Positions 1 through 10,434 of a stretch of 64,000 nucleotides of DNA are shown piece by piece (positions within the stretch are counted from its first letter, which is position 1; the number at the start of each line of letters is the position of its first letter). The stretch comes from Takakia lepidozioides (taxonomy: Eukaryota; Plantae; Bryophyta), in contig CM060733.1 of the NCBI GenBank assembly GCA_030704615.1, positions 69,378,001 to 69,442,000 of the forward strand. Reading direction: 5' to 3'. Made by a program: the position numbers and the translations under genes. Below the pieces are notes generated by a model. That model worked only from the letters and a program-made list of their open reading frames with translations, had not been told where the DNA came from and did no database searches.

Positions 1-3000
1 CTGCGATTCAAAGACGCGTCTTCGAAGGGCAAGTTCAAAGTCCCAGAGATCGACTCGCGTTCTTCGGTCATGGAGAATCGCCAGCAGGGGTCGGGCCCTT
101 CTCCAGCAAAGTCGAAGAAGAAGCAGCCCGTCCCTCTACTGGCTTCTGAACCGGCTCAGGCCGATTCACCCCCCCCAACGCGAATGAAGCAGCAGGGTAG
201 AAGACAGATTCAATTGCAGCAGACACCTTCACCTGCAAGGATGAGGAAGCAGAAGGCAATCAGGGCGACGGCGAACAATCTCCCGCAAAACCGCTTCCAC
301 GAGCTGAAGCTCAGTTCCTGGAGGATTTCCCCCCTGCAGATGTTGGGGCCGACTCTGCTGCTGCAGCGAAGGCAATGGGATCGACCGTTGATCTCGATTT
401 GGTACCGGAGGAGGGTGCTGCCGCTCAACTTTCGCAGCAAGACCTCACCACCGATGAGCAAGCAGGCCCGGAGGAGGCCTCTGCAATGGCAGAATTGCCC
501 GCACACAGGCCCCAGAGTGCAGCTCCAGTTGAGGATGCTCCAGCTGCTCAGCCACTACCGGCACCTACAGACATGTCTCCGGAGGATTTCAAAAGTGCAG
601 CGGATAAAATGTTGGAGGAGACACACAGTAGCATTGGCAGAGTTCTGGGCAGCAGGGTATTCCAGCGGACTCTTCGAATCCCACTCTGTCGCATGGTCTC
701 CCTTCCCATCGTCAGGCAGGCCCTTCCCGGAGATGTGGATAAGCTCAAGTTCGCATTTCGAGAAGGGTACCGTCTGGGATCGGCAGCGTTTTACGTTTCC
801 ATTGAGAATGAGGACGGCGAAACTCGTGGACCCACTGCCGATGAATTGTCAACGTGGGATACCCACTGGCACACTCGCAACCACGAATTCGAGGCGACGC
901 TGAAGGGTGATCCGACTTCGGCCATATGTCGGGTAAAATGTTCTTTGTGTGGGACGGGAATCACCGACTTCTCGCCTGGTGGGAGTACATCAAGCAGAAC
1001 CATGCCAAGCACATTGGCTGGCATTACATGGTGGAGTGTGTCATCCTGAAGGTGAAGGCGGCAGACTCCTCCCTGCTCAAGAATGCCATGGCGGACCTCA
1101 ACTCGTAAGATACTCATACCCTCCCTAGCACGTTCGAAATGCGGTGCCGCATTTCGGTTTCCATTCTGGTTTGTTTCCGTGCTTCCGTGTACTGAACTGG
1201 AGAGTGTGCCTTGCAGGGTCACTGAGAATGCGTACGTGCATACCCACATGGCACACATGCTGTAAGGGTGAGGAAAACTGGTCTCACTGATCCGCAGATG
1301 TTTGCGGAAATGCTGGAGCCCGAGCTCATTCAGAAAGCCGTTGCAAAAACAGACCGGACATGGTATCGTCTCACTATGGATGGAATGGTGGAGGTGATAT
1401 ACGAAGTAAGTCGTCCTCCAATTTCCCTCTGCTCATCCTTCCCCATTTTCAGTAATCTTTCCACATGAATCGAATGTAACGCTTCTGCATGTTTTTGTTG
1501 GCAGTCAAACATCAAGCTGGATTTGGCCCATGCCAAACGCTTCTTCATGGAAAGTGAGGGGCCGTATTGACTGAGCACTTGAAGAAGCCGGTGTCAAGTC
1601 CAGAACCAAATACAAGTCAAAGCTTGTGAAGCTGGTGGCAATTGCAGATCCGGCACTTGGAAAGGACTTCATCCCCGAGATTGCAAAACACTATTCTCGG
1701 GCCATGCAGCCGACCATGCAATTGGAGAAACTGCATCACCTCTCACGGCATGTGTGGAGGCAAAAGAGAAGGTGAGGTTTCAATGCACTGAAGTTCCTTC
1801 CTAGCAATAGCCACTCTCTTCCAGCTCCTGACATTGGATCGGAAATGGCAGACACGGTGGCTGTCGATCTGGAATGCATCCGAGAGCATAAGGACAATGT
1901 GGTCTTTTCCACTGGAAGTTTCCGACCCTGCATGGATGTGTGGCTCAACCGTATGACTTGGTGGTTCCAGGTAATTCAAGGTACTTCCCCAGATTTGCTT
2001 TTCTTTTCTGACATGAATTCCCTGAACTGCTACGTGACAATGCATTTGGGAATCGCAGGTAATGTCGAATGCGAAGGAGCAAGTCGTAATGCACACAAAT
2101 TCGTTCGGCTTGTACGTCAAATGGGATGGAACACAGACATTGGAAGACTACGTGACACGTTTCAGATGTGCGTACAAGGACAACCTTTTCGCCAGAGAGC
2201 TACAGACAGCAAGAAGGAGCGTGGAGTTTACACATCAGGAGGGAGCGGGGAAAGCTGCAATGCGAATTGTTTACAGGTGAAGCACAGCTGCCCTTGTATG
2301 CGAAGCCTGGTTACGAGGTTTGTCTCGGAAATGCGGCACCGCATTCGCATTTTATGTTTTCGGTGGCACTCTGCCAGTAGGTTGGTCTCAACTTTTGCTC
2401 ACGCATGCTGACTGCCTTGCAGGTATATGAAATACGTGCTCCTTCAGACAGGGGCCCTGGCTCAAGAGCCCCCGTTCTTCATGGCTTGGACCGTGGCGGC
2501 CCAAGCTGTGTCTACACACCCGAGATGCAGAAACAATGGCATCCCGCGCATCTCGTTGGATGCCCGTGGTACCTGGACATGTCTGGCGGTATTGTTGACG
2601 AGTCTGAGAAAGATCTGCACGCCTTGGCAGAAGAGAAGAGAAAGGAAAGACGTGTCCCTGCTGGGCCAAAGTCGGCAAAGGAATCTGCTGCTCTGGAAGA
2701 ATCCAGAAAGGCAGCTGAGATGGCACAAAAGACGGTGGATGCAGCTGTGCAGGCCCAACAGAAGGGGTCGAAGAAGAGGACTCGCCAGCAAGGAGCAGCT
2801 GTTGTGACACCCGCCAAAACGAAGAAGCAGAAACAGCCTGTTCAGGAAGAGGGTGAGGAAGAGGACTCCGATGGAGACTTTGCAACCAGCCCCCCCCCCC
2901 AAACGCAGGCTGCCTCCCCTGTGCCCACCGTTGTCACGAGAGGCACGAGAACTGGCTCGGCAAAGAAGGCACTCTTCAACCCCCAGGGGGGCACCCTTTC

Positions 3001-4766
3001 GAGCCGGTGGAAATGAAGAGGCCGAAAGTGGCTCCCGAAACTGTAGTCCAGTGTGTAAATGAGAGTTTCTTGGCGGCTTTGGATGGACGGGCAGCCAAGT
3101 TGGCATACTGAAGACCATGGAGGGTCTGAAGGGCAGAGCACTGAAGAAGGCGACTGCCGAAGAGCCTTCCGACACCCCAGGATTTCAGAATATGGTCTCG
3201 TTCTTTGAGAGGGTGTGTGCAGACAAGGATTGTAGGAGGGGCGGAAATGCCACCGAGTGGTCTTGCGATATGATCATCTTGGATATTCCGGACGGAGAGC
3301 CTGTGGAAGGACTGCAAGCTTTGCCATCTTGGAACAGGTACTCGGAGGACTTTTGGAAGAAAGGATTCGGGCTTGCCCGCATGGTGTTGGACGACAGAGG
3401 CTGTGTGGTTGTCCTGGCGAGCAGAGGAAAAAACACTCAGACAGGAATTGCGAAGTGGACCCGCAAGAGCGCCGTCCCGATTCTGAAAAGAAGTGGACGT
3501 GCATCAACACACTGGGCCTTCGGTCGGAAGGGAAGAAGGTGATTACGACACTGGCACTCGTCCATTCATTTCTTGGGTGTTTTCAAATGCGGTGCCGCAT
3601 TCGGTTTCTAATCGTTTTCCCCCTGTGTATGCAGACGAAGCAGTTCGATGCATACTGCTTTGTGAAGGAGAACTCCACCTTTGCTTTCCGGAAGGAGGGA
3701 GGAAAGGTTGACCCGAACTGCGACCCACTCGATTACGACGTTCTGTTCAACAACGTTCCCAAGGAACTTCTCCCTCATAGCCTCACTTCAACGGAACCCC
3801 TGCGGTACTCACGGACTCGGAGCCCTGCCTTCATTCAGACAATTATGGAGACATGCACAGACGTGGAGGGCACAGTGCTCGACCTCATCTGTGGGACAGG
3901 TATGCAGAATCTTGATCTATGCTGTTCTGCAAATTCTCGTTAGGATGTATTCGCAACATCTGAAGCGCCATGTGGTAATGTGTGGATGGCATTGTAACAG
4001 GTGCCTCAATGTGGGCTGGGCGGTTTTCCGACCGGCACCTCTTTGCCTACGAGGAGGATTCATCCGTGTGGGATCCCATCTGGAGGGGCTGCAACGGAAT
4101 GTGAAGGCTCCCGACAGAGCGGAAGTCTCCTCGGATTCGTCGGAGTCCGAGGAAGACACAGTGGATTGATGCGGAGGAGAACCCGGAATACGAGTGAGTG
4201 CAAACATTGTAAGTTTGCAAAGCCTTCTGGGTCATTTATGTCAAACGAATTTCCCGACTGTGGTTCTCATTAGTCTCGTTGATGATTGTCATGTGCAGGA
4301 TTGCAGGGTCCGGGTCGAAACATGTAGGGCCTACACTTCCTGCCAGGAAGAATGTCCCGTTCTTTGCGAGGGCCGACTTCATGACGAGCCCGGTGAGGGA
4401 CTACTCCCTTCCTAGTTATGCAGCTAAACTCGCAAATACAGCGATTAGAAGAAGTGAGAATCCCAGTAAAGTAGAGCAGATTTTGGAGAGGGCTAGGGAG
4501 GACAGAAGGATAAGGAAAGAGTTGGCAACAGCTCAGACAGTAGACGGGTACGAAAGTACATATGTGATTCAGCGGATGAGAGCGACGCAGACAGGGAGGA
4601 AGACGACCCAACGGAGGTGAGATGGACAGTTCCGCAAGGGGAAGATGGGTTTTCGAAAGCCTGGCCAACGAGCAGTCCGCTGGAGATGAGAGAGGCACTG
4701 AGGGGGTGGAGGGAGGAGCAGGACAGTCTAGAACAGGATGAGGATTCGGATGATTTTCAAGATTAA
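1..4766 (+). pseudogene. ParB/Srx-like domain + beta-class N4C/N6A DNA methyltransferase fusion gene, copy 1 (multi-exon, disrupted, 5' end probably outside window)
   Basis: About 9 GT-AG exons reconstructable by comparison with copies 2 and 3. Motifs: IPLCRMVSLP...WDGNHRLLAW (about 680-980), CDMIILDIPDG (about 3264-3296), RSPAFIQTIMETCTDVEGTVLDLICGT|GASMWAGRFSDRHLFAYEED (about 3818-4060, across an intron). Frameshifts near 175, 915 and 3010 plus in-frame stops (198, 1263, 1568). Confidence 0.8.
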
Positions 4767-4901
4767 TAGAATTTTAATGAAGTCTCTGTAAATGTAAATT
4801 CTCTTCCAGAGTATATAAAGGAATTCTTGCCGACATTCGTGACCCCTCTCCAGTGTGCATTCAGCCACACAATCGCCCAAACCCGGACGCTCCCAAAATC
4901 A

Positions 4902-5618
4902 GAAATGGGGCACCGCATTTCCAAAACAGGGGAACTCTAAGAACCTCTTTTGGAATGCGGCACCGCATTTCCAAAACAGGGGAGGGACTATTTTCCATTT
5001 CAATGTTGGCATAGTAAAAGTAATCTGAATTGGAAATGCGGTGCCGCATTTCCAAAATTTCCTTTGTCCACACGCCAGTTTTGGCCTCCCCTCATTGCAT
5101 GGATGCCACCCGCTTACAGAGGGTCGAACACGAGGTCGAGCAAGGAGGTCGAGATGGCGGGATTGAAAATGCGGTGCCGCATTTCAGTATGGGGGATGGT
5201 CGTTGTTCGAACTGCAGGCCCATCAGCAAAATTGCACCGCATTCCATTTAAAAAAAAGTCGATGACGGACATGGAAATGCGGCGCCGCATTTCCAGAACG
5301 GACATCGCAATTTGTCCATTTGCAGACCCTCTCTCGGAAATGCGGTAACGCATTCCATCGCGCTGGTCGGAAATGTCACACTTTTCGAAGTGTTGTACGG
5401 AAATGCGGCACCGCATTCCCTTGTCCAAGGAAGTTTCCATTGTCCATTGCAAGCTGAAATGCGTCGCCGCATTGCAATGCCAACCTCGTTTTCTGATCAA
5501 TTTATACCCGTGTTGTTATTTCGTGTACCTGGACGGAAATGATGACCGCATTTTCATCCCACATGGAAATGACGGCGCCGCATTTCGATGCACGACATGG
5601 TAATGCGGCGCCACATTT
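4902..5618. repeat. Cluster of about 11 copies of the 20-bp palindrome GAAATGCGGYRCCGCATTTC with variable spacers
   Basis: Copies near 4902, 4952, 5033, 5167, 5274, 5337, 5400, 5456, 5537, 5566 and 5602. The same motif occurs at 1136, 2328 and 3585 (introns of copy 1) and at 6736. Confidence 0.9.
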
Positions 5619-5875
5619 CGATGCCGACATGGCGTTACTCTGGTATATTCTTGACACATCACTCACATAACGGTTACTCTGCTATATTCATCCGGACAGA
5701 CACATTGTAGAAATGAGACATCAAATTGTAAACAGTGGGCCAATTCCGACAGTTATTCAACACAATGAAACACAATCATACAGAAGTGAGGTACGATGGG
5801 TTTATTGATCGGACACGATGTCTCACATTTACCAACTGCAGACAAAACTAAGCCCTTCCTCCTTCTACATGGGCT

Positions 5876-6454
5876 TCACCAAGTCGACGGAACTTCGATA
5901 CCCCTCAAAACAAGCTCATCACTGCTGCGGCACCTCGAGGTAAACTGCAATTCGGTCGTTCTGCTGCCCTTGCTGGAGCCGACGACAATGTCATGTCCAT
6001 CAATGATACCACCATCATACATTGACAAGGTCACTGTGGGCCTCATGTGCCCGTGCGATTCGTCTTCGCAACGCAGCCGAATGTCTCCATACACTGGAAG
6101 AGCGGAGTGATCTGCACGTATATAGTTTTCCCCGGTGCCGTCCTCCCTGGTCCACTGGCAGCAGTTCCAGCGCCAAAGCGAGGCCGTGCGTGATCTGTCC
6201 GGCATCCCTTTCCAGCTTGGTATATCGAGGTCAACAATTTTCAGGACCCACGGACCGCATTGACCCTCGCCCTCACCTCGCTCAAAGCGGTAATAGCCCT
6301 CCAGATACTCCATTGCGCGCAAAGACTCTTGCTTGATTCCAGCAGCGTCTGTGAAAACAGAGAGCCAGACAATGATGTCTCCTGATTCTGGTTTGAACAT
6401 AGCATAATCGTGGCCATGATAAGGGCAGTCGGCTGGATTTCGGCGGCACGGCAT
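5876..6454 (-). CDS. Unknown ~190-aa Trp/Cys-rich protein ('X'), copy 1
   Basis: Open ORF from MPCRRNPADCPY to EVPSTW*. It aligns along its full length with the ORF at 7005-7568 (DYAM..SGDI, PWxLxIxDxD, RTAxLxRWNCCxWT, YGDIR, DGGxIxGxDIVV, ELVLRxxEVP). Start placed at the shared MPC; the ORF track opens at 6577. Confidence 0.7.
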   Translation of the reverse strand: MPCRRNPADCPYHGHDYAMFKPESGDIIVWLSVFTDAAGIKQESLRAMEYLEGYYRFERGEGEGQCGPWVLKIVDLDIPSWKGMPDRSRTASLWRWNCCQWTREDGTGENYIRADHSALPVYGDIRLRCEDESHGHMRPTVTLSMYDGGIIDGHDIVVGSSKGSRTTELQFTSRCRSSDELVLRGIEVPSTW

Positions 6455-7004
6455 CCTTGAAAAAGAGTAGCGGAGTACGCTCAATGACAGCAGCTCCCGG
6501 ATGGAGGAGGAGCAGCGCGGTGGCTGGAAAAAGTTCAAGCTAACGCTGCAATTCCTCACAAACACTCCAGGGCACATTTAAATTTCCCCCCTACAGGATC
6601 CTGGACCGATGAAGATTGGCTGCTGCATGAATGTAGCCGTTTCTGTTTCCTACCCTGCCATGCAAACTATGGGCAGTCACTGCCAGGTGGGCCGATAGCC
6701 ACTGGACACGACGAAGTCCATCCCCTCTTCGATGTAAATGCGGCGCCGAATTTCCATCCGGGGGGATGGACTTCGGTGGCAGATCTCAAACTATAACTTG
6801 TTGATGAAAAAGATGTATGGCTTCATCCACCGCTGCCGTGATGAACACGTTCCACCTCCGTCGGTGGGTACGTGTGACCCAGATGCTCCATTATTGGAGG
6901 CCGGACTGCTCTTCCGCTTCGTATCATTTCCAAAATCTAAGGGCTTCGTAGCTGTCCACAAGGTCATCGGCATCCAAGTCGTCCTCAGGTCCTCCTTTGC
7001 AAGG

Positions 7005-7568
7005 ATGCCGTGCTTCCGGAACCGGGACGACTGCCCCTTTGGAGGCATCGATTATGCAATGTATTCGGCCACATCGGGAGACATTGTTATCTGGTACACA
7101 GATTACACAGAAGATACTGGTTCGATTGTGGAAACATTGGTGGCTTTTGAGTATATCGTAGGCCACTACGCCTTCGAGCGGGGTGACGATCTTGGTCTGA
7201 GGAGTCCGTGGCTCCTGCGCATCCTCGATTCCGATTTTCCCTGTTACGACGGTCACCCATGCAGAAGAAGGCGCACTGCTATGCTGTTGCGGTGGAACTG
7301 CTGCCACTGGACGTGGGTGGACTCCATCGGAGAGACCTATTCTCCTCGAGGAGTGCGCTCCTCTTCTCCATTGTATGGGGACATTCGCATTGGTGTGGAC
7401 GACGAAAACGTGAAGATTTCCATATTCGATGGTGGTATGATTGAAGGGCAGGACATTGTGGTGAACATCACTAGGGGCGGTACAATGGCTGCAATCGACT
7501 TTACATGGAGGAGCCCCATGACTCATGAGCTAGTTCTGAGAGCAGTCGAAGTCCCATTGACAACGTGA
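7005..7568 (+). CDS. Unknown ~190-aa Trp/Cys-rich protein ('X'), copy 2, head-to-head with copy 1
   Basis: Open ORF from MPCFRNRDDCPF to EVPLTT*, a paralog of 5876-6454 (-). The ORF track opens at 6738. Confidence 0.7.
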   Translation: MPCFRNRDDCPFGGIDYAMYSATSGDIVIWYTDYTEDTGSIVETLVAFEYIVGHYAFERGDDLGLRSPWLLRILDSDFPCYDGHPCRRRRTAMLLRWNCCHWTWVDSIGETYSPRGVRSSSPLYGDIRIGVDDENVKISIFDGGMIEGQDIVVNITRGGTMAAIDFTWRSPMTHELVLRAVEVPLTT

Positions 7569-8116
7569 CTTGTATTCAGTAGGCACAGGGCTCAAGATTT
7601 GATGGCACAATCAGCACAGTAGACGTGCTTCAAATGCAATTCATGTGGATCAATAAAAACCTCATTGTGCCCTCTTTTTATTCTATTCTGTGTCCATCGT
7701 TCCGAGAATGCGTCATTGCTCATTTCGTTTGGGATTGGGAGTGTGGGCGAATTTTGCAAATGGCTGGTAGGCTGAAATGGGCCCCCATTGTACAGAGCAG
7801 TACCACCCTACCATTCGCGAAACATTGCCTTTCAATATATAATTCTAAATAACATTGCCGAACCTCCTTCATCGGGAGGTCCTTCTCCCCCTATGACCGT
7901 GGCACCCTAAACCCTATTCCCGCGGACACTCATTTCCGGAAAATAGTGCTGCTCATGTTTTTTTCCACACTTACGACTCTGCTCATGGCTCATGCCGCTC
8001 ATGGCTCATGGCTCATGAAATAGCAGCCCCTGCGGATGTGAAGCACTCCATACGCACTATTCCTTTTACACCTTTTTTTTTGCGTGCAGTGTGTCATGTT
8101 TTCCTGTTTGTTTGAC

Positions 8117-10415
8117 ATGGGAGCTGGGGAGGGATCGCAGGGGGGCGAGCCAACACAGTCAACTTTGTATACTCCTACCCGGGTGCTACGCTCGCAAGGT
8201 GGAAGTGCATCGAGGCAGGCGACTCCTCATTCAACACCTCAGAAATCGCCTCAGAAAAGCCCACCTAGAGTCCGGAAGCCGAGAAAGCATCCTGTTGGAG
8301 CTTGCGGAGGAGCAAAACCTCCAGGATAGTAGACAGGCTGGTGAGAGGGGTGAGGGAAGTGAGAGAGGTGCTGGAAGTAAGAAACTGGTGGCGGGTATGC
8401 TCATGAGCGCACGAGACATGAACATAGCAGCAAACAGGTTGTTGGCAGAGACTCATAGCAACATAGGCCGTGTTTTGGGCTCCATGGTGTATCCTGAGAA
8501 TCTCAAAGTTCCTTTGTGTCGCATGGTTAGCCTTCTAGTTGTAAGGCAAGCACTGCCAGGGGACATCGATTGACTGAAGCACAACTTCAGAGAGGGGTAC
8601 AGACGGGGGTCGGCAACATTCTACGTTTCCATTGAGAATGACCAGGGTGTCACAGCAGAGGAGCTTCAAAATTGGAGCCCCCACTGGCACACTGTAAATG
8701 CCGAGTTTGAAGCCTCTCTGAAGACTAATCCCACATTCGCACACATGGCAGGGAAGATGTTCTTCATTTGGGAAGGGAACCACAGGATGCTTGCCTGGAC
8801 AGAGTACATTGCTGAAATGCATCCGCAAGATATCAATTGGCATTACATGGTGGACTGCATTGTCGTGAAGGTGGACGTGAGGGACAGAGGACTGCTGAAG
8901 GGTGCCATGGCGGATATAAATCTGTAAGTATACAACTACATCCTTGTGTACTGCCTATTGCGGTGCCAAAATAGACAATGTTCTTGATTGTCATGCACTC
9001 TATGAACTGGAAATTGGATTGATGTGCCGAAATCTGGTTATTTTTGTATCATATTTTCATGTTGTTCATTTTTTTTTTTCTCCATAGCAGGGTAACAGAG
9101 AGGGCCTTCGTGGAAACTCATCTGGCACATACGCTCTACAGAGTGTAAGAAGTGGGAACAGCACCGCTGACGGACTTCCAAAAATCCCTCGATCCCGAGC
9201 TGTACAGGAAGTCCCTTGCGAAAGCGGATCGCACCTGGTACCGACCAACACTGGACGCCATGGTGGAGATCCTCTATTCGGTGAGGTTCATCTCAAATTT
9301 CCCGATTTAATGTTATTTGTTGCAGGGATCAGTGGCCTGACTGTATCCGCTGGGTATGGGAATGCAGACGAATATCAGGGATGACTTGGCCTTATGCCAA
9401 AAGGCAGTTCTTTGAGAGTGATGCCCCCAACAAGGCGGACGCGTCGATAGAGAGTCACATTGTGCAGGCAGGGAGGCAATCACGGACCAAGTACAGGTCC
9501 AAACTTGTGAAGCAAGTTGCAATCGCTGACCCTGGTCTTGGTGCCGAGTTCCTGGCGGAGATAGGACTGCATTACTCCAGACCCATGAAACCGGAAATGT
9601 CCATGGAGAAACTTCATCACATCGCAGTATCCTGTGTTGAGCCGGCGGAGAAGGTAAGCATGTGTTTGTTCTTGTTTTCTGTCTTCTCGCGATTCTCATG
9701 ATGAGGTTCTTATGTCTGACCGATGTTAGGCCATGCAGATGAGGTGGCTGCGAATCTGGAACGGCCATACAAACACGAAGCTGTTGTACCACTTTCCCAT
9801 TGAGCCAACAGACCACAAAATGAACGACTGGCTCAATGTGATGACTTGGTGGCATCAGGTATAATTTCCTCCTCTTCTATGTGTTGGACATCATCGCAAT
9901 TTCAAATTCATGAACGTTTTGGAAACCTGCACTGCTGCAGGTACTGACCCACGCCCAGGAGCAATTGGATTGCAACACCACCACTTTCAAGTTACAGATC
10001 GACTGGACGAAACCGGAGACAATGGAGAACTACGTGCAGTCCTGGCGAGGGCGCTTCGCAAACCTCTTTTTCAGAGAAATTGCAAAGGCAAGACGCAGCG
10101 TATACATCGAAGAGCAGGAGGGTGCCGACAAAGCGGCAATGCGTGTCCTGTTCAGGTAATCTGCTGCCAATGCATCCCCATATTTGCAGTTTTGATGATT
10201 TAGCTAAGCAACGGTGGGTATTGCGGCGCCGAAATATACCTTTGCAAGATGTGAGTGCTGGGTAATTGGGGCACGGTCCATTGCGTATTTCAGTGCCAAA
10301 ATACCTTGTGCATTGAGAGTTCCTCTTGCATGATGCGTGGGTAGAATGATTTTTGTTGAACTGCCTCGTGATTGCAGGTACATAAACTTTGCACTCATCC
10401 CGTCCGGAGCCATTC
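8117..10415 (+). pseudogene. ParB-MTase family gene, copy 2 (3'-truncated before the MTase domain)
   Basis: ETHSNIGRVLGS..LKVPLCRMVSL, WEGNHRMLAW, IADPGLGAEFLAEIGLHY, MTWWHQ and EQEGADKAAMRVLFR, with the same intron positions as copy 1. Breaks just inside exon 6, where it abuts a minus-strand transposase. Confidence 0.8.
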
Positions 10416-10434
10416 AAAGGGTTCCACCATTCTT

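Noticed and set aside
70-903. 277-aa ORF and other long overlapping or antisense ORFs (e.g. 2462-3175, 6924-7526, 45633-46238)
   Set aside because: Apart from the first ~35 codons of 70-903, they are shadow frames of GC-rich coding sequence; the homology-supported frame is different.
4902-5618. CRISPR array (palindromic repeats with unique spacers; also 51.5-52.4 kb)
   Set aside because: Spacer lengths are irregular, repeats are degenerate, there are no cas genes, and the context is eukaryotic with introns.
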